From Ignavibacterium sp. (GTDB lineage: Bacteria > Bacteroidota > Ignavibacteria > UBA10030): 64,000 nt of DNA. The DNA lies in assembly GCA_039961715.1 (NCBI GenBank), contig JABRVW010000067.1:18396-82395 (forward strand), written 5' to 3'. Made by a program: the position numbers and the translations under genes. Shown here in pieces: positions 1 through 9,720 of this stretch (position 1 is its first letter; each line of letters begins with the position of its first letter). The notes beneath the pieces were generated by a model. It did no database searches. It worked only from the letters and a program-made list of their open reading frames with translations, and had not been told where the DNA came from.

Positions 1-1
1 G

Positions 2-220
2 GACAAGCTCACCAAGCCTCTGTTCGTCATTCAGGGCAAGAACGATCCCCGTGTTCCCGCGTTCGAATCCGAACAGATCGTCGCCGCCCTCAAGAAGCGC
101 AGCACCCCTGTCTGGTACCTTCTGGCCAACGACGAGGGCCACGGGTTTTCGAAGAAAACGAATCAGGACTTTCAGTTTTATGCGACGATCATGTTTGTGA
201 GGGAGTTTCTTATCAAGTAA
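2..220 (+). CDS. S9 family (prolyl oligopeptidase-type) serine peptidase, C-terminal fragment (5' end outside window)
   Basis: Frame is open from the window edge to TAA at 218-220. Translation DKLTKPLFVIQGKNDPRVP...ANDEGHGF carries the catalytic Asp and His regions of alpha/beta-hydrolase S9 peptidases. Confidence 0.75.
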   Translation, partial: DKLTKPLFVIQGKNDPRVPAFESEQIVAALKKRSTPVWYLLANDEGHGFSKKTNQDFQFYATIMFVREFLIK

Positions 221-240
221 AAAGGAAAAGAGGAAAGAGG

Positions 241-1746
241 ATGGCAATGAGGGAATATAAGCTCTTTCTCAATGGTTCGTTTGTCGATGCGTCGTCAGGC
301 GCGACGTTCGAATCGATGAATCCGTTCGATCAATCCGTCGTTGCAAAGGTGGCCCGCGCAGGAGCCGAGGATGTGCGCAAAGCCGTTGCGGCGGCGCGGG
401 AGGCGTTTGACAAAGGTCCATGGCCGCGCATGTCTCCCCAGGAGCGCAGTGCACTGCTCAAGGCTGTCTCGGACAAAATCAACGAGCGTTCAAAAGATCT
501 TGTTGCTCTGGAGGTCATGGACTCGGGATCGACGGTTCGCAAGGCAAAGGAAGACATCTTTCTCTCCGCCCGGAGCATGAACTATTTCTCGAAGCTTGCC
601 GCGATGGATCACTCGGCACCCATCGAAGGACTTGGCAAGCCGGGATTCAGCCGCAATCTGCTTGTCCGGGAGCCGATTGGCGTCGTGGCGGCAATCATTC
701 CCTGGAATTTTCCGCTGAAGATGGCCGTCTGGAAACTTGGCCCTGCGCTTGCCGCGGGCAACACGGTGGTGCTCAAGCCGTCGGAGTTCACCCCCTGCAC
801 GGCAATGGAACTTGCATCAATTATTCACGAGGTCGGCTTCCCAAAAGGGGTTGTCAATGTCGTTCCCGGCTTCGGACCAGAGGCGGGCGAAGAGCTGGTC
901 AAGCATCCCGGAGTGGACAAGATCTCGTTCACCGGCTCGACCAGAGTGGGAAAACACATCATGAGTCTGGCAGCCGGACAACTGAAGAAGGTTACCCTGG
1001 AGTGCGGAGGCAAATCGGCCAACATCGTCCTCGACGACGCCGATCTCGACCTCGCGGTGGACGGCGCCATGTACGCGATCTTCTATCATCAGGGGCAATG
1101 TTGTGAGGCGGGCAGTCGATTGCTTCTCCCCAAGTCCATCGCGCCGGTGTTCATGGAGAAGCTGATCGCCAAGACGAGAAAGCTCACACTGGGTGACCCG
1201 TCCGATCCCGCGACAGACCTGGGTCCCCTGGTCTCAAAGGCGCAGCAAGACCGTGTGCTTGGGTACATTGAAGATGGAAAGCGTGAGGGAGCCAGGCTGG
1301 CGGTTGGCGGAGGAGCTCCGAAGGATGGATCGCTGGCAAGGGGATTCTTCGTTGAGCCCACCGTGTTCACGGGTGTTTCCAATACGATGAAGATTGCGCG
1401 CGAAGAGATCTTCGGACCCGTGCTGTCGGTCATTGAGTACGACTCGGATGACGAAGCTGTTGCGCTGGCGAACGATTCGTCGTACGGGCTTGGGGCCGGG
1501 GTGTGGTCGAAGAATGAGGACAGGGCGCGTTCCGTGGCAGATCGGCTGAGAGCGGGAACGGTGTGGATCAACGAATGGCACCTCATCAGCGAAAAAGCCC
1601 CCTTCGGTGGCTACAAGGAAAGCGGCATCGGACGCGAGTTCGGAGTGGAGGGGTTGTACGAATACATGGAAGCAAAACATCTGCATATCGACGAACTCGG
1701 CTCGCGGGAAAAGAAGACGTGGTACGATACAGTGGTACCGAAGTAG
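241..1746 (+). CDS. NAD(P)-dependent aldehyde dehydrogenase
   Basis: 501 aa. ALDH motifs present: VLKPSEFTP, FTGSTRVGK, LECGGKSA (catalytic Glu region), GQCCEAGSR (catalytic Cys). AG-rich RBS lies just upstream of the ATG. Confidence 0.95.
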   Translation: MAMREYKLFLNGSFVDASSGATFESMNPFDQSVVAKVARAGAEDVRKAVAAAREAFDKGPWPRMSPQERSALLKAVSDKINERSKDLVALEVMDSGSTVRKAKEDIFLSARSMNYFSKLAAMDHSAPIEGLGKPGFSRNLLVREPIGVVAAIIPWNFPLKMAVWKLGPALAAGNTVVLKPSEFTPCTAMELASIIHEVGFPKGVVNVVPGFGPEAGEELVKHPGVDKISFTGSTRVGKHIMSLAAGQLKKVTLECGGKSANIVLDDADLDLAVDGAMYAIFYHQGQCCEAGSRLLLPKSIAPVFMEKLIAKTRKLTLGDPSDPATDLGPLVSKAQQDRVLGYIEDGKREGARLAVGGGAPKDGSLARGFFVEPTVFTGVSNTMKIAREEIFGPVLSVIEYDSDDEAVALANDSSYGLGAGVWSKNEDRARSVADRLRAGTVWINEWHLISEKAPFGGYKESGIGREFGVEGLYEYMEAKHLHIDELGSREKKTWYDTVVPK

Positions 1747-1753
1747 AGGATGG

Positions 1754-1790
1754 GGATTTTCCATTGTCGATTTTCGATTGCCCATTGATC
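1754..1790. repeat. GATTT-core low-complexity intergenic element (copy a)
   Basis: GGATTTTCCATTGTCGATTTTCGATTGCCCATTGATC sits directly after the ALDH stop. By hand alignment about 25 of 34 positions match copy b at 3604-3637. Shared core is CGATTTTC[G/A]ATTG. Confidence 0.6.
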
Positions 1791-1885
1791 GGACGAATCA
1801 TGGCATGCGCGATTCACGATAAACACCTAAAAAAATGCTTCCACCGTTCTTTTAATGTTTCCTTTTGAATTGCTGATTCCCTTCC

Positions 1886-3592
1886 ATGGACATTAAAAAC
1901 AACACCGTACTCGTTCTCGGCGGTTGGGGCCTTGTCGGCTCCGCTGTCGTCCGCCAGCTGATGGACGAACAGCCCAGGCGCATCATTGTCACGTCGCTCC
2001 TTGAACGCGAGGCCCGTCAGGCCGTTGACGAGTTCCGCAAGGAGTATCCTCGCGCCCCCAAGGGACAGTTCGTCCCCTGGTGGGGCAATGTTTTCATGAG
2101 AAACGAGTTCAAGGACAAGAGCCGCGAGGAGCTTCTTGAGAACGATGCAACGCGCCAGAAGCTCATCGACGACCTCCTCGACGAGCTCTCTCCCGCGGTC
2201 ATCCAGCGGTCCGCCATTTACCACCTTCTCGAAAAACATCGTCCTGAGATCGTCGTGGATTGCATCAATTCCGCCACTGCCATCGCCTACCAGGACCTGT
2301 TCCAGGCGTCACGGGGAGTTCGAAAGGCGATCAGAGAGGTGCGGTCCGGGAAGCAGGCTGACCTGATCGAAGCCACGGAGCGTCTCATAGCCACCCAGTA
2401 CATCCCCCAGCTCATCCGGCACGTTCAACTCCTCTACCGGTCGATGCAGATGGTGGGCACGCGCATCTACGTCAAGATTGGCACCAGCGGAACGGGCGGT
2501 ATGGGACTGAACATTCCGTACACCCATAGCGAAGAGCGGCCCTCCAGCGTCCTTCTCAGCAAATCAGCCGTGGCGGGCGCGCATACTCTGTTGTTGTTCC
2601 TCATGGGCCGAACGCCGGACGCTCCGATTACCAAGGAGATCAAACCCGCTGCCGCCATTGCCTGGAAGCGGATCGGGTTTGGAGAGATCCGCAAGCGCGG
2701 CAAGCTCATCGCACTTGAAGACTGTCCGCCGGAACAGGCCGTGCGGCTGTCCAAGACTCTGAAGCTTCAGGAGGAACATGTCGGGAAGAAGACCACTGCC
2801 CCCCTCCGATCGGTGTTCATCGACACGGGGGAAAACGGCATTTTTTCGCGGGGAGAATTCGAGGCCATCGCCACTCCGGGACAGATGGAGTTTGTGACTC
2901 CCGAAGAAATTGCGGAGAGCGTGGTCTTTGAAATTCTCGGCGGAAACACGGGGCATGACATCATCAACGCCCTCGACAACGCCACGCTGAACCCGACGTA
3001 CCGGGCGGGCTTCCTCTTCGAAAGCGCGGTCCGTGAAATGAAACGTCTGGAGTCTGTCTACAAGACACGCAGCGTGGCTTTCGAGATCCTCGGTCCACCC
3101 AGGCTTTCCAAGCTCCTGTACGAGGCGCATCTTCTCGAAACGGCCTACGGCTCGATGAAGGCGGTTCTCAAGGTGTCCCCGAAGAACCTTTCAACCGCGC
3201 TTGAGCGGCTCATTCGGGAACAGGCCGACCTTCGCCAGAGGATCATCTCCATCGGAATCCCGGTCCTTCTGTCGGACGGCACGACTCTCCTGCGCGGCTC
3301 AGAAATCAAGATTCCGCCCTTCAGGGGTGAAAACGAGCTTCCCGTCACGGAGCAATCGATCAACGCGTGGGCCCATGACGGATGGGTGGATTTACGCCCG
3401 AAGAACATGGAGCGATGGAAAAAGAGATTTGAGCTGATTATCGCGGCAGCGGAGGAGATCCCTGAAGGCGACTCATCGTCGCGCTTTCAGCGGACAAAGC
3501 AGTACTGGAACAACTTCGACCAGATCGAGCCGGGAAAGCTGGTGGGATGGATCTTCTCGGAAGAGGAAAAGGGAAAGAGGATGAAAGCGTGA
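1886..3592 (+). CDS. Hypothetical large NAD(P)-binding Rossmann-fold protein, function unknown
   Basis: 568-aa ORF. N-terminal VLVLGGWGLVGSAV is a dinucleotide-binding-type glycine motif. A glycine-rich KIGTSGTGGMGLNIPY segment follows. I recognise no specific family. Confidence 0.7.
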   Translation: MDIKNNTVLVLGGWGLVGSAVVRQLMDEQPRRIIVTSLLEREARQAVDEFRKEYPRAPKGQFVPWWGNVFMRNEFKDKSREELLENDATRQKLIDDLLDELSPAVIQRSAIYHLLEKHRPEIVVDCINSATAIAYQDLFQASRGVRKAIREVRSGKQADLIEATERLIATQYIPQLIRHVQLLYRSMQMVGTRIYVKIGTSGTGGMGLNIPYTHSEERPSSVLLSKSAVAGAHTLLLFLMGRTPDAPITKEIKPAAAIAWKRIGFGEIRKRGKLIALEDCPPEQAVRLSKTLKLQEEHVGKKTTAPLRSVFIDTGENGIFSRGEFEAIATPGQMEFVTPEEIAESVVFEILGGNTGHDIINALDNATLNPTYRAGFLFESAVREMKRLESVYKTRSVAFEILGPPRLSKLLYEAHLLETAYGSMKAVLKVSPKNLSTALERLIREQADLRQRIISIGIPVLLSDGTTLLRGSEIKIPPFRGENELPVTEQSINAWAHDGWVDLRPKNMERWKKRFELIIAAAEEIPEGDSSSRFQRTKQYWNNFDQIEPGKLVGWIFSEEEKGKRMKA

Positions 3593-3603
3593 TGGAAGCA
3601 GGG

Positions 3604-3638
3604 TGATTTCCGGTTTCCGATTTTCAATTGGCGATTGT
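3604..3638. repeat. GATTT-core low-complexity intergenic element (copy b)
   Basis: TGATTTCCGGTTTCCGATTTTCAATTGGCGATTGTC lies between the convergent stops at 3592 and 3659, in the same orientation as copy a. Confidence 0.6.
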
Positions 3639-3658
3639 CAAGGGGGGAAGATCGATAA

Positions 3659-4888
3659 TCACTCGTATCGCAGCGCCTCAACCGGATCCAGATTCGCCGC
3701 CTTCCACGCCGGATACACGCCAAAGACCAGTCCGATCAGCGCGCACAGCGCAAAGCCTATAAACGCCCAGTCCCACGGAATGGTCGGGGGCACCTCGAAC
3801 ATGAGGGCAACCAGGTTCCCCATCACGATTCCCACCAGGATGCCGATGATGCCGCCAAGCTGGCAGAGCACAACGGCTTCGGTGATAAACTGACTGAGAA
3901 TACTGCGTTTCTGTGCTCCGATGGCTTTCCGGATGCCAATTTCCCTCGTTCGTTCTGTCACCGATACAAGCATGATGTTCATGATTCCGACTCCCGCCGC
4001 CACAAGCGAAATGAAGCTGATGAAGCCCACGCCGAGTTTCACATACATCGTGAATTCGTTGAACGTGGAGATCATCGAATCGTTGGAGAAGATCGAAAAG
4101 TCGTCCTCCTTCCCAGGCGGCACACGGCGGATGGTCCGGAGATGGAACCGCGCTTCCTCGAGGCAGTCGTCGTAAACCCCGGCGCTCTTCGCCTTGACCA
4201 TGACATGGATACTACGGTCTTTTCCATACAGCGCGAGGAAGGTCGTCATGGGAATGACAACCCGGTTGTCACTATCACCGCCCAGGCTGGCGCCTTTCGG
4301 CTCAAACGTGCCGATCACGGTGAACCGATGTTGACCGACGCGAATCTCCTTGCCGACGGCATCGGCATGCCCCAGGGGAAACAGCTTCTTGACCACCTCG
4401 TCCCCGAGGATGGCGACGTAGCGCGAATACTCGAGATCGGCCGATGAGAGGCTCCGTCCCTCGCGGATCGTCCAGTTATTTGTCAGGATCCCCTCCGGTT
4501 CCTCACCAGCCACACTGACATTCGGATTGGTTTTCATCGACCCGTACTGAATGGTCTGTCCACCCCACCAGTCTTCGAGGGCCACATACTGAGCGAGCGT
4601 CATCTTTTCCTTCAGCCTGAGTCCCTGGTCGTACGTGATGTCCTTTCTCTGACGTGCCTTCCGCCATTCCGCGTGGCTTGCCATGACAGGCATCTTCTGG
4701 ATCTGAAATGTGTGCGCGCCAAGGTTGCTCAATCCTGACTCGATGCTGTTTTGCAGGACCCGGACAGCCGTCATGACCCCGATGATCGAAAACACGCCCA
4801 CGACGATACCGAGGAGAGTAAGGGCTGAACGGAGCTTGTTGGCCCGGATCGCCGCAAGGGCAATGCTTATGATTTCGGAGAATTGCAT
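3659..4888 (-). CDS. ABC transporter permease, FtsX/MacB-type
   Basis: 409 aa. An N-terminal TM helix, a large periplasmic domain and a C-terminal FtsX 3-TM bundle ending DPVEALRYE, typical of MacB/LolCE-type permeases. Confidence 0.9.
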   Translation of the reverse strand: MQFSEIISIALAAIRANKLRSALTLLGIVVGVFSIIGVMTAVRVLQNSIESGLSNLGAHTFQIQKMPVMASHAEWRKARQRKDITYDQGLRLKEKMTLAQYVALEDWWGGQTIQYGSMKTNPNVSVAGEEPEGILTNNWTIREGRSLSSADLEYSRYVAILGDEVVKKLFPLGHADAVGKEIRVGQHRFTVIGTFEPKGASLGGDSDNRVVIPMTTFLALYGKDRSIHVMVKAKSAGVYDDCLEEARFHLRTIRRVPPGKEDDFSIFSNDSMISTFNEFTMYVKLGVGFISFISLVAAGVGIMNIMLVSVTERTREIGIRKAIGAQKRSILSQFITEAVVLCQLGGIIGILVGIVMGNLVALMFEVPPTIPWDWAFIGFALCALIGLVFGVYPAWKAANLDPVEALRYE

Positions 4889-4891
4889 AGG

Positions 4892-6121
4892 TTACTCGTA
4901 ACGAAGCGCATCAACGGGATCGAGCCGCGACGCCCTGTATGCTGGCAGGAATCCGGAAACCACGCCGACAAACAGAGAGATCAGGAGGGCGATGACGACG
5001 ATGCTGACAGGCATCGCCGTCGGGAGGATCTGGTCGATGATCAGGCTGAGAGGAAATGCGATAACCAGGCCGATCAGGCCGCCAATCAGACAAATCACGG
5101 CGGATTCCAGCAAGAACTGAATGAGGATTGCGCGTTTCGGCGCACCAATCGCCTTCCTGATGCCGATCTCTTTTGTACGCTCGGTGACCGAAACAAACAT
5201 GATGTTCATGATCCCAATTCCCCCAACGAAAAGCGCCAGCCCTGTAATGAACAGCCCCACGGCGGCGATGACTCCGCCAATGGCATTGAACGTCTCAATG
5301 AGAAATTCCTGCTGGTTGATCGCAAAATCATCCTGCGCCCCCGGTTCCACTTTCCGTGCTTTGCGGAGAATGCCTCGGACTTCCTCCCGTGTTTCATCCA
5401 CATTTTCAAGTGATGCCGCCCTTACCCAGATCTGAATGCCCCCGCGCCGGGACATAAACTCCGCAAAAAACCGGTTGATGGGTACGTACACCCTGTTATC
5501 GAAGCTTTCCAGGCCCAGGAAGCTTCCCTGCTTCTCGAGCACTCCGACGACCCGGTACGGATGATTCCCCACCTTGATGACCTTACCGACGGGAAATTCG
5601 TTGGGAAAAAGTGATTCGGCGACTTCGGAGCCCAGCACGCACACAGGCCGTCCTCCGTTTGCTTCCATGGCGGTCAGAAACCGTCCCAAGTCAACATTCG
5701 CGTTGGTCGTCGTGATGAAATCCGCGTCCGTCCCGATCACAATCACGCCTTCGACGAGCTTCCCGCCGTACGTAACGTTCCGCATCGTCCCCATGATCGG
5801 CGAGACGCTCGCCACCGTGGTGGCGTCGTCTTCGATCGCCCTGGCATGCTGAATGAGAAGGTCCTTCCGGTTTCTGATCTCCCACCAATTCGCTCCTCCG
5901 CCCCACGGCCACTTTTGCACATAGAGCACATCGGCGCCAATGACGGCGACGGATCGATTGAATGCCTGATTGAGGCCCTCGATAGCCGTGCCCATCAGCG
6001 TCACAGACACGATCCCGATCACGATTCCCAGCGTGGTCAGAGCCGAGCGCATTTTGTTTGCCCGGATTGCCCCGAAGGCGATCGCGAGACCTTCTTTCAG
6101 TTCATCGAGCCACCAGCTCAT
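4892..6121 (-). CDS. ABC transporter permease, FtsX/MacB-type (tandem paralogue)
   Basis: 409 aa with the same architecture and the same C-terminal DPVDALRYE. Lies 3 nt from the neighbouring genes. Confidence 0.9.
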   Translation of the reverse strand: MSWWLDELKEGLAIAFGAIRANKMRSALTTLGIVIGIVSVTLMGTAIEGLNQAFNRSVAVIGADVLYVQKWPWGGGANWWEIRNRKDLLIQHARAIEDDATTVASVSPIMGTMRNVTYGGKLVEGVIVIGTDADFITTTNANVDLGRFLTAMEANGGRPVCVLGSEVAESLFPNEFPVGKVIKVGNHPYRVVGVLEKQGSFLGLESFDNRVYVPINRFFAEFMSRRGGIQIWVRAASLENVDETREEVRGILRKARKVEPGAQDDFAINQQEFLIETFNAIGGVIAAVGLFITGLALFVGGIGIMNIMFVSVTERTKEIGIRKAIGAPKRAILIQFLLESAVICLIGGLIGLVIAFPLSLIIDQILPTAMPVSIVVIALLISLFVGVVSGFLPAYRASRLDPVDALRYE

Positions 6122-6123
6122 GA

Positions 6124-6852
6124 TCAGACGCTCGTCAGCGTGGGATGGGTGATGACCTTGCGGTCCTTCACAAGCTCATCGGTTTCGATGTGGCCGTCCT
6201 TGATACGGACGCGGCGATGGGCGTGGGCTGCAATATCTTCTTCATGCGTGACCAGGATGATCGTATTGCCCTGGCGGTGGAGAATGTCGAACAGCGCCAT
6301 GATCTCCTCGCCGGTCTTGCTGTCGAGGTTTCCCGTGGGCTCGTCCGCCAGCAAAATCGACGGCTTGGTCACGAGAGCTCTGGCAATGGCCACGCGCTGT
6401 CGTTGTCCGCCCGAGAGCTCGTTTGGCTTGTGATGGGCACGGTCTCCGAGGCCAACCTGCTCGATGGCCTCCATCGCCAGCTTCTTGCGGTCTGCCGAAT
6501 TCACACCTCCGTAGATCAGCGGAAGCTCGACATTGTGCAGAACGTTGGACCGTGCGAGGAGGTTGAATGTCTGGAACACAAACCCGATCTCCTTGTTCCT
6601 GATCCTCGCAAGTTGGTTGTCATTCATCTCACTGACATTCGTGTCGTTCAGCTCATACAGCCCTGAAGTCGGCGTGTCCAGACAGCCGATGATGTTCATC
6701 AGGGTTGACTTGCCCGAACCGGACGGGCCCATAATGGCCACGTACTCATTGCGGTTGATGTTCAGGGACACGCCGCGAAGGGCATGCACCTCTTCCGCTC
6801 CCATCTGATAGACCTTCGTAATATCAACCAAACGAATAACGGGGGACGCCAT
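6124..6852 (-). CDS. ABC transporter ATP-binding protein (MacB/LolD-like)
   Basis: Walker [13 protein letters not shown] signature LSGGQRQR, Walker [10 protein letters not shown]-loop VTHE. Confidence 0.95.
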   Translation of the reverse strand: MASPVIRLVDITKVYQMGAEEVHALRGVSLNINRNEYVAIMGPSGSGKSTLMNIIGCLDTPTSGLYELNDTNVSEMNDNQLARIRNKEIGFVFQTFNLLARSNVLHNVELPLIYGGVNSADRKKLAMEAIEQVGLGDRAHHKPNELSGGQRQRVAIARALVTKPSILLADEPTGNLDSKTGEEIMALFDILHRQGNTIILVTHEEDIAAHAHRRVRIKDGHIETDELVKDRKVITHPTLTSV

Positions 6853-6890
6853 ACGTTGTTCTCCTTTTTCCGCCGCGGCGGGTTCGACAA

Positions 6891-8153
6891 TTACTGTTGG
6901 GCCAGGGTTCCCGCTGGACGTCGGGCGGCCCGATTCTCCACTTTTACTTTCGCACCGTTCTCAAGCTCTCTGTTGATCGCCTTGAAGGGTCCCGACACAA
7001 CCTCTTTTCCTTCAAGGTCCCCTGAAGTGATCTCTACGTGCGTATCACTGGTCAGGCCGCGATTGACAACAATCGTCTTTGCCACGCCGTCCTCCACGAC
7101 AAAGACCACCTCATCCAGCTTCTGTTCTTCTCTCGCCACCCCGCCTGCAATTCTCACAGAACCCTCCCCTTCCTCTCCTTCTTCCTTCTTCTCCATCTTG
7201 GGGGCACGAACAGTGACAGACTGAATGGGGACTGCAAGGACATTGTGATGAGTCTCGGTCTCAATATCCGCCGTCATGGACATGCCAGGCCTCAACTCGA
7301 CGCCCGCAGGCGTCTTCAGGAGAATCCGAACCTCGAAATTGATGACCTGGTCCTGGGTTCCGAGCCCGGTGGTCTTCGCGGTGTTGGCAATCTGCGACAC
7401 GACGCCGATGAATGTGCTGTCCGAATACGCGTCCACTTTGACGCGGGCGGTGTCGCCCAGGCTGACCAGGACGATGTCGTTTTCCCCCACGTCCACGCGC
7501 GCTTCCATCCGGGCGAGATCGGCTACGGTCATGATCTCGGTTCCCTGCGTAAACGTGCTTCCGCTCACCCGTTCCCCAACCTCCCGGAGGAGCTGGCTGA
7601 CGACGCCGTCCATGGGTGAATAGATTGTCGTCTTTGCAAGAGTTTCCCGGGATTCCTTGAGGGAGGCTTGGGCTTGCGCATGCGATGCTTTCGCGCTCTG
7701 GTACGTCGCCCGGGCGATGTCCATCTCCGCATCGGAAATAAGCTTCTTCTCATACAGCTCGCTGGCCCGTTTGAACTCGGCCTCGGCCCTCACGAGATTC
7801 GATTCGGCAATGATCAGCGAAGCTTGCGACCGCTCATACTGCGCCTGATAGGCGTCGGGCTTGATGCGCACGAGGAGCTGTCCCTTCTTCACGCGATCTC
7901 CTTCCCGAACGGGAAGATCCACGATTTCCCCGCTCACCTCCGCGTTGATCTTCACCTGTGTCACGGGCTGGATCTTTCCGGTCGCCGTGACGATCTGGGT
8001 GATGGTTCTCCGGTCAACTTTCTCGGTCTGAACAGTGATGATGTTTTCCCGGCCGCTGCCCATGATCACGAGGGCAACAAGCGTGATGACAAGCGCCCCG
8101 AGGATCAGAAAGACGATCAGTTTCTTTCTGGAGTTCTTTTTTCCATTAGCCAT
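6891..8153 (-). CDS. Efflux periplasmic adaptor (HlyD/MacA family membrane fusion protein)
   Basis: 420 aa. N-terminal TM anchor, coiled-coil hairpin region and lipoyl / beta-barrel segments. Positioned between the TolC-like gene and the ABC genes. Confidence 0.9.
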   Translation of the reverse strand: MANGKKNSRKKLIVFLILGALVITLVALVIMGSGRENIITVQTEKVDRRTITQIVTATGKIQPVTQVKINAEVSGEIVDLPVREGDRVKKGQLLVRIKPDAYQAQYERSQASLIIAESNLVRAEAEFKRASELYEKKLISDAEMDIARATYQSAKASHAQAQASLKESRETLAKTTIYSPMDGVVSQLLREVGERVSGSTFTQGTEIMTVADLARMEARVDVGENDIVLVSLGDTARVKVDAYSDSTFIGVVSQIANTAKTTGLGTQDQVINFEVRILLKTPAGVELRPGMSMTADIETETHHNVLAVPIQSVTVRAPKMEKKEEGEEGEGSVRIAGGVAREEQKLDEVVFVVEDGVAKTIVVNRGLTSDTHVEITSGDLEGKEVVSGPFKAINRELENGAKVKVENRAARRPAGTLAQQ

Positions 8154-8180
8154 TGAAATGGGTCCTTTGTGCGCGGCGTC

Positions 8181-9527
8181 TCAGTATCCCCGTTCGCCCA
8201 CGGCGAATTCGAGGTTTCTGCTTGCGATGATGAAGTTGTAGTTTGCATTTACGTTGCTGGCCTGAGCATTGACATAGTTCGCGTTCGCGATATAGAGATC
8301 CAGCAATGTCCCTGCTCCCAGGTTATACCGCTCCTCTGCAACGCGCCGGTCCTGCTCCGCCGAGATCAGGCTCTTTTGCGTCGCCTCCAGCTGTTTGCGC
8401 GCCGCCTCCAGATCCAGAACGGCCTTCTTCACCTCGACGCGAACGTCCCGGGTTTTCTGCTCGAGCTGGAGATCCGCGTTGCGCCGCGAAATGTAGGCGT
8501 TCTGGATCCTTGCCAGAGAGCCGAAGATTTCCGGAAGCTGCCAGCTGAGCGTCAAGCCAACGTTGGACGCCCTGTTCCCCCAACTCGTGGCCGGCACGAA
8601 CTCCTGGGCATTCGTGGAGAATCCTCCGTTCACGCTCACGGTGGGGTAGTAAAAGCTCCATGCCCGCGTGATCCCGTTGTCAGCCAGGTCAACTCCCGCC
8701 ATGGTGCTCTTGTAATCCGGGCGAGAATCCAGCGCGCGCCGGGTCAGATCCTCGAACGGAAGCAGGGCTTCATATCCTGTGCTTTGCTGTTTGATCTGCT
8801 CATCGATCGAAGGATCGGCAATCACATACTCGGTGTTCGGATCGAGGGCAAGAAGATTCAAAAGGTCGGCCTTCGATTTGTCGTACGTGTTCTGCGCGCT
8901 GATCAGGTTCACCTCATCGTTGGCGACAACGGATTGCTGCCGGTAGACATCGGCAAGGGAGGCCGCACCGACCTTGTTGGATTCTGTAATCCGCTCCAAC
9001 TGCCGCCGGTCGCGCTTCAGGTTCTCCTCCGCCACCTTGACCAATTGCTCGTTCCGCAGAACGTTCAGATATGCGCTTTGCACGAGGAAGGCCGTCTGCT
9101 GCCGCGTCCGGTGGTACTGAAAGACCGCCTGATCCTCAGTTGTGAGCGCAGAGCTCAATGATGCTTCGCGGTTGAAGCCGTCAAACACCGTGTAGGTGAG
9201 CCCGAATCCGGTTCTATAGGTGTTGTAGTAGGTCTCCGTGCGCTGAGTCTGGAAAGGAATTCCCCCAATGCTTTGAATAGTCGGGGGCGAGCTGATGCCG
9301 GTGCGATTAAAGCTGGCGCCTGCATAGAGCTGTGGAATGTATGATCCGTAGGCGGACGTTACGCTATTCCCGGCGGATTCCACGTTGTTCTCCGCGATCC
9401 TCACGCTGGTGTTTTGCTCCAGTGCAATCCTCAACGCGTCGTCAAGGCGGAGCACCTTCTGTGTTTCCTGAGCGCCGGCGAGACCTGCCCAGCACACGAC
9501 CATGACTGCAACAAACACTTTTTTCAT
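8181..9527 (-). CDS. tolC: TolC family outer-membrane efflux protein
   Basis: Start re-picked to ATG at 9527 (MKKVFVAVMVVCWAGLAGAQE signal peptide). Shows the two-repeat TolC-type sequence. First gene of the efflux operon. Confidence 0.85.
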   Translation of the reverse strand: MKKVFVAVMVVCWAGLAGAQETQKVLRLDDALRIALEQNTSVRIAENNVESAGNSVTSAYGSYIPQLYAGASFNRTGISSPPTIQSIGGIPFQTQRTETYYNTYRTGFGLTYTVFDGFNREASLSSALTTEDQAVFQYHRTRQQTAFLVQSAYLNVLRNEQLVKVAEENLKRDRRQLERITESNKVGAASLADVYRQQSVVANDEVNLISAQNTYDKSKADLLNLLALDPNTEYVIADPSIDEQIKQQSTGYEALLPFEDLTRRALDSRPDYKSTMAGVDLADNGITRAWSFYYPTVSVNGGFSTNAQEFVPATSWGNRASNVGLTLSWQLPEIFGSLARIQNAYISRRNADLQLEQKTRDVRVEVKKAVLDLEAARKQLEATQKSLISAEQDRRVAEERYNLGAGTLLDLYIANANYVNAQASNVNANYNFIIASRNLEFAVGERGY

Positions 9528-9720
9528 CGAACACCCTCTCCTTGAAATTGAGTACCCGGGGGAAAAGATCAGTCCTTCGGCTGCGGAAATAAAAACTCTA
9601 TGTAGTAAACGTGAAACCGGAAGCAAAGTTTCATCAGAATGCCAAAAAGTCGTTGATTCTCTGCCTCTTGGGGATCCCCGCATTAGACTCCCCCGGATGG
9701 CAAAAAGTTTCGCTCTTTGT

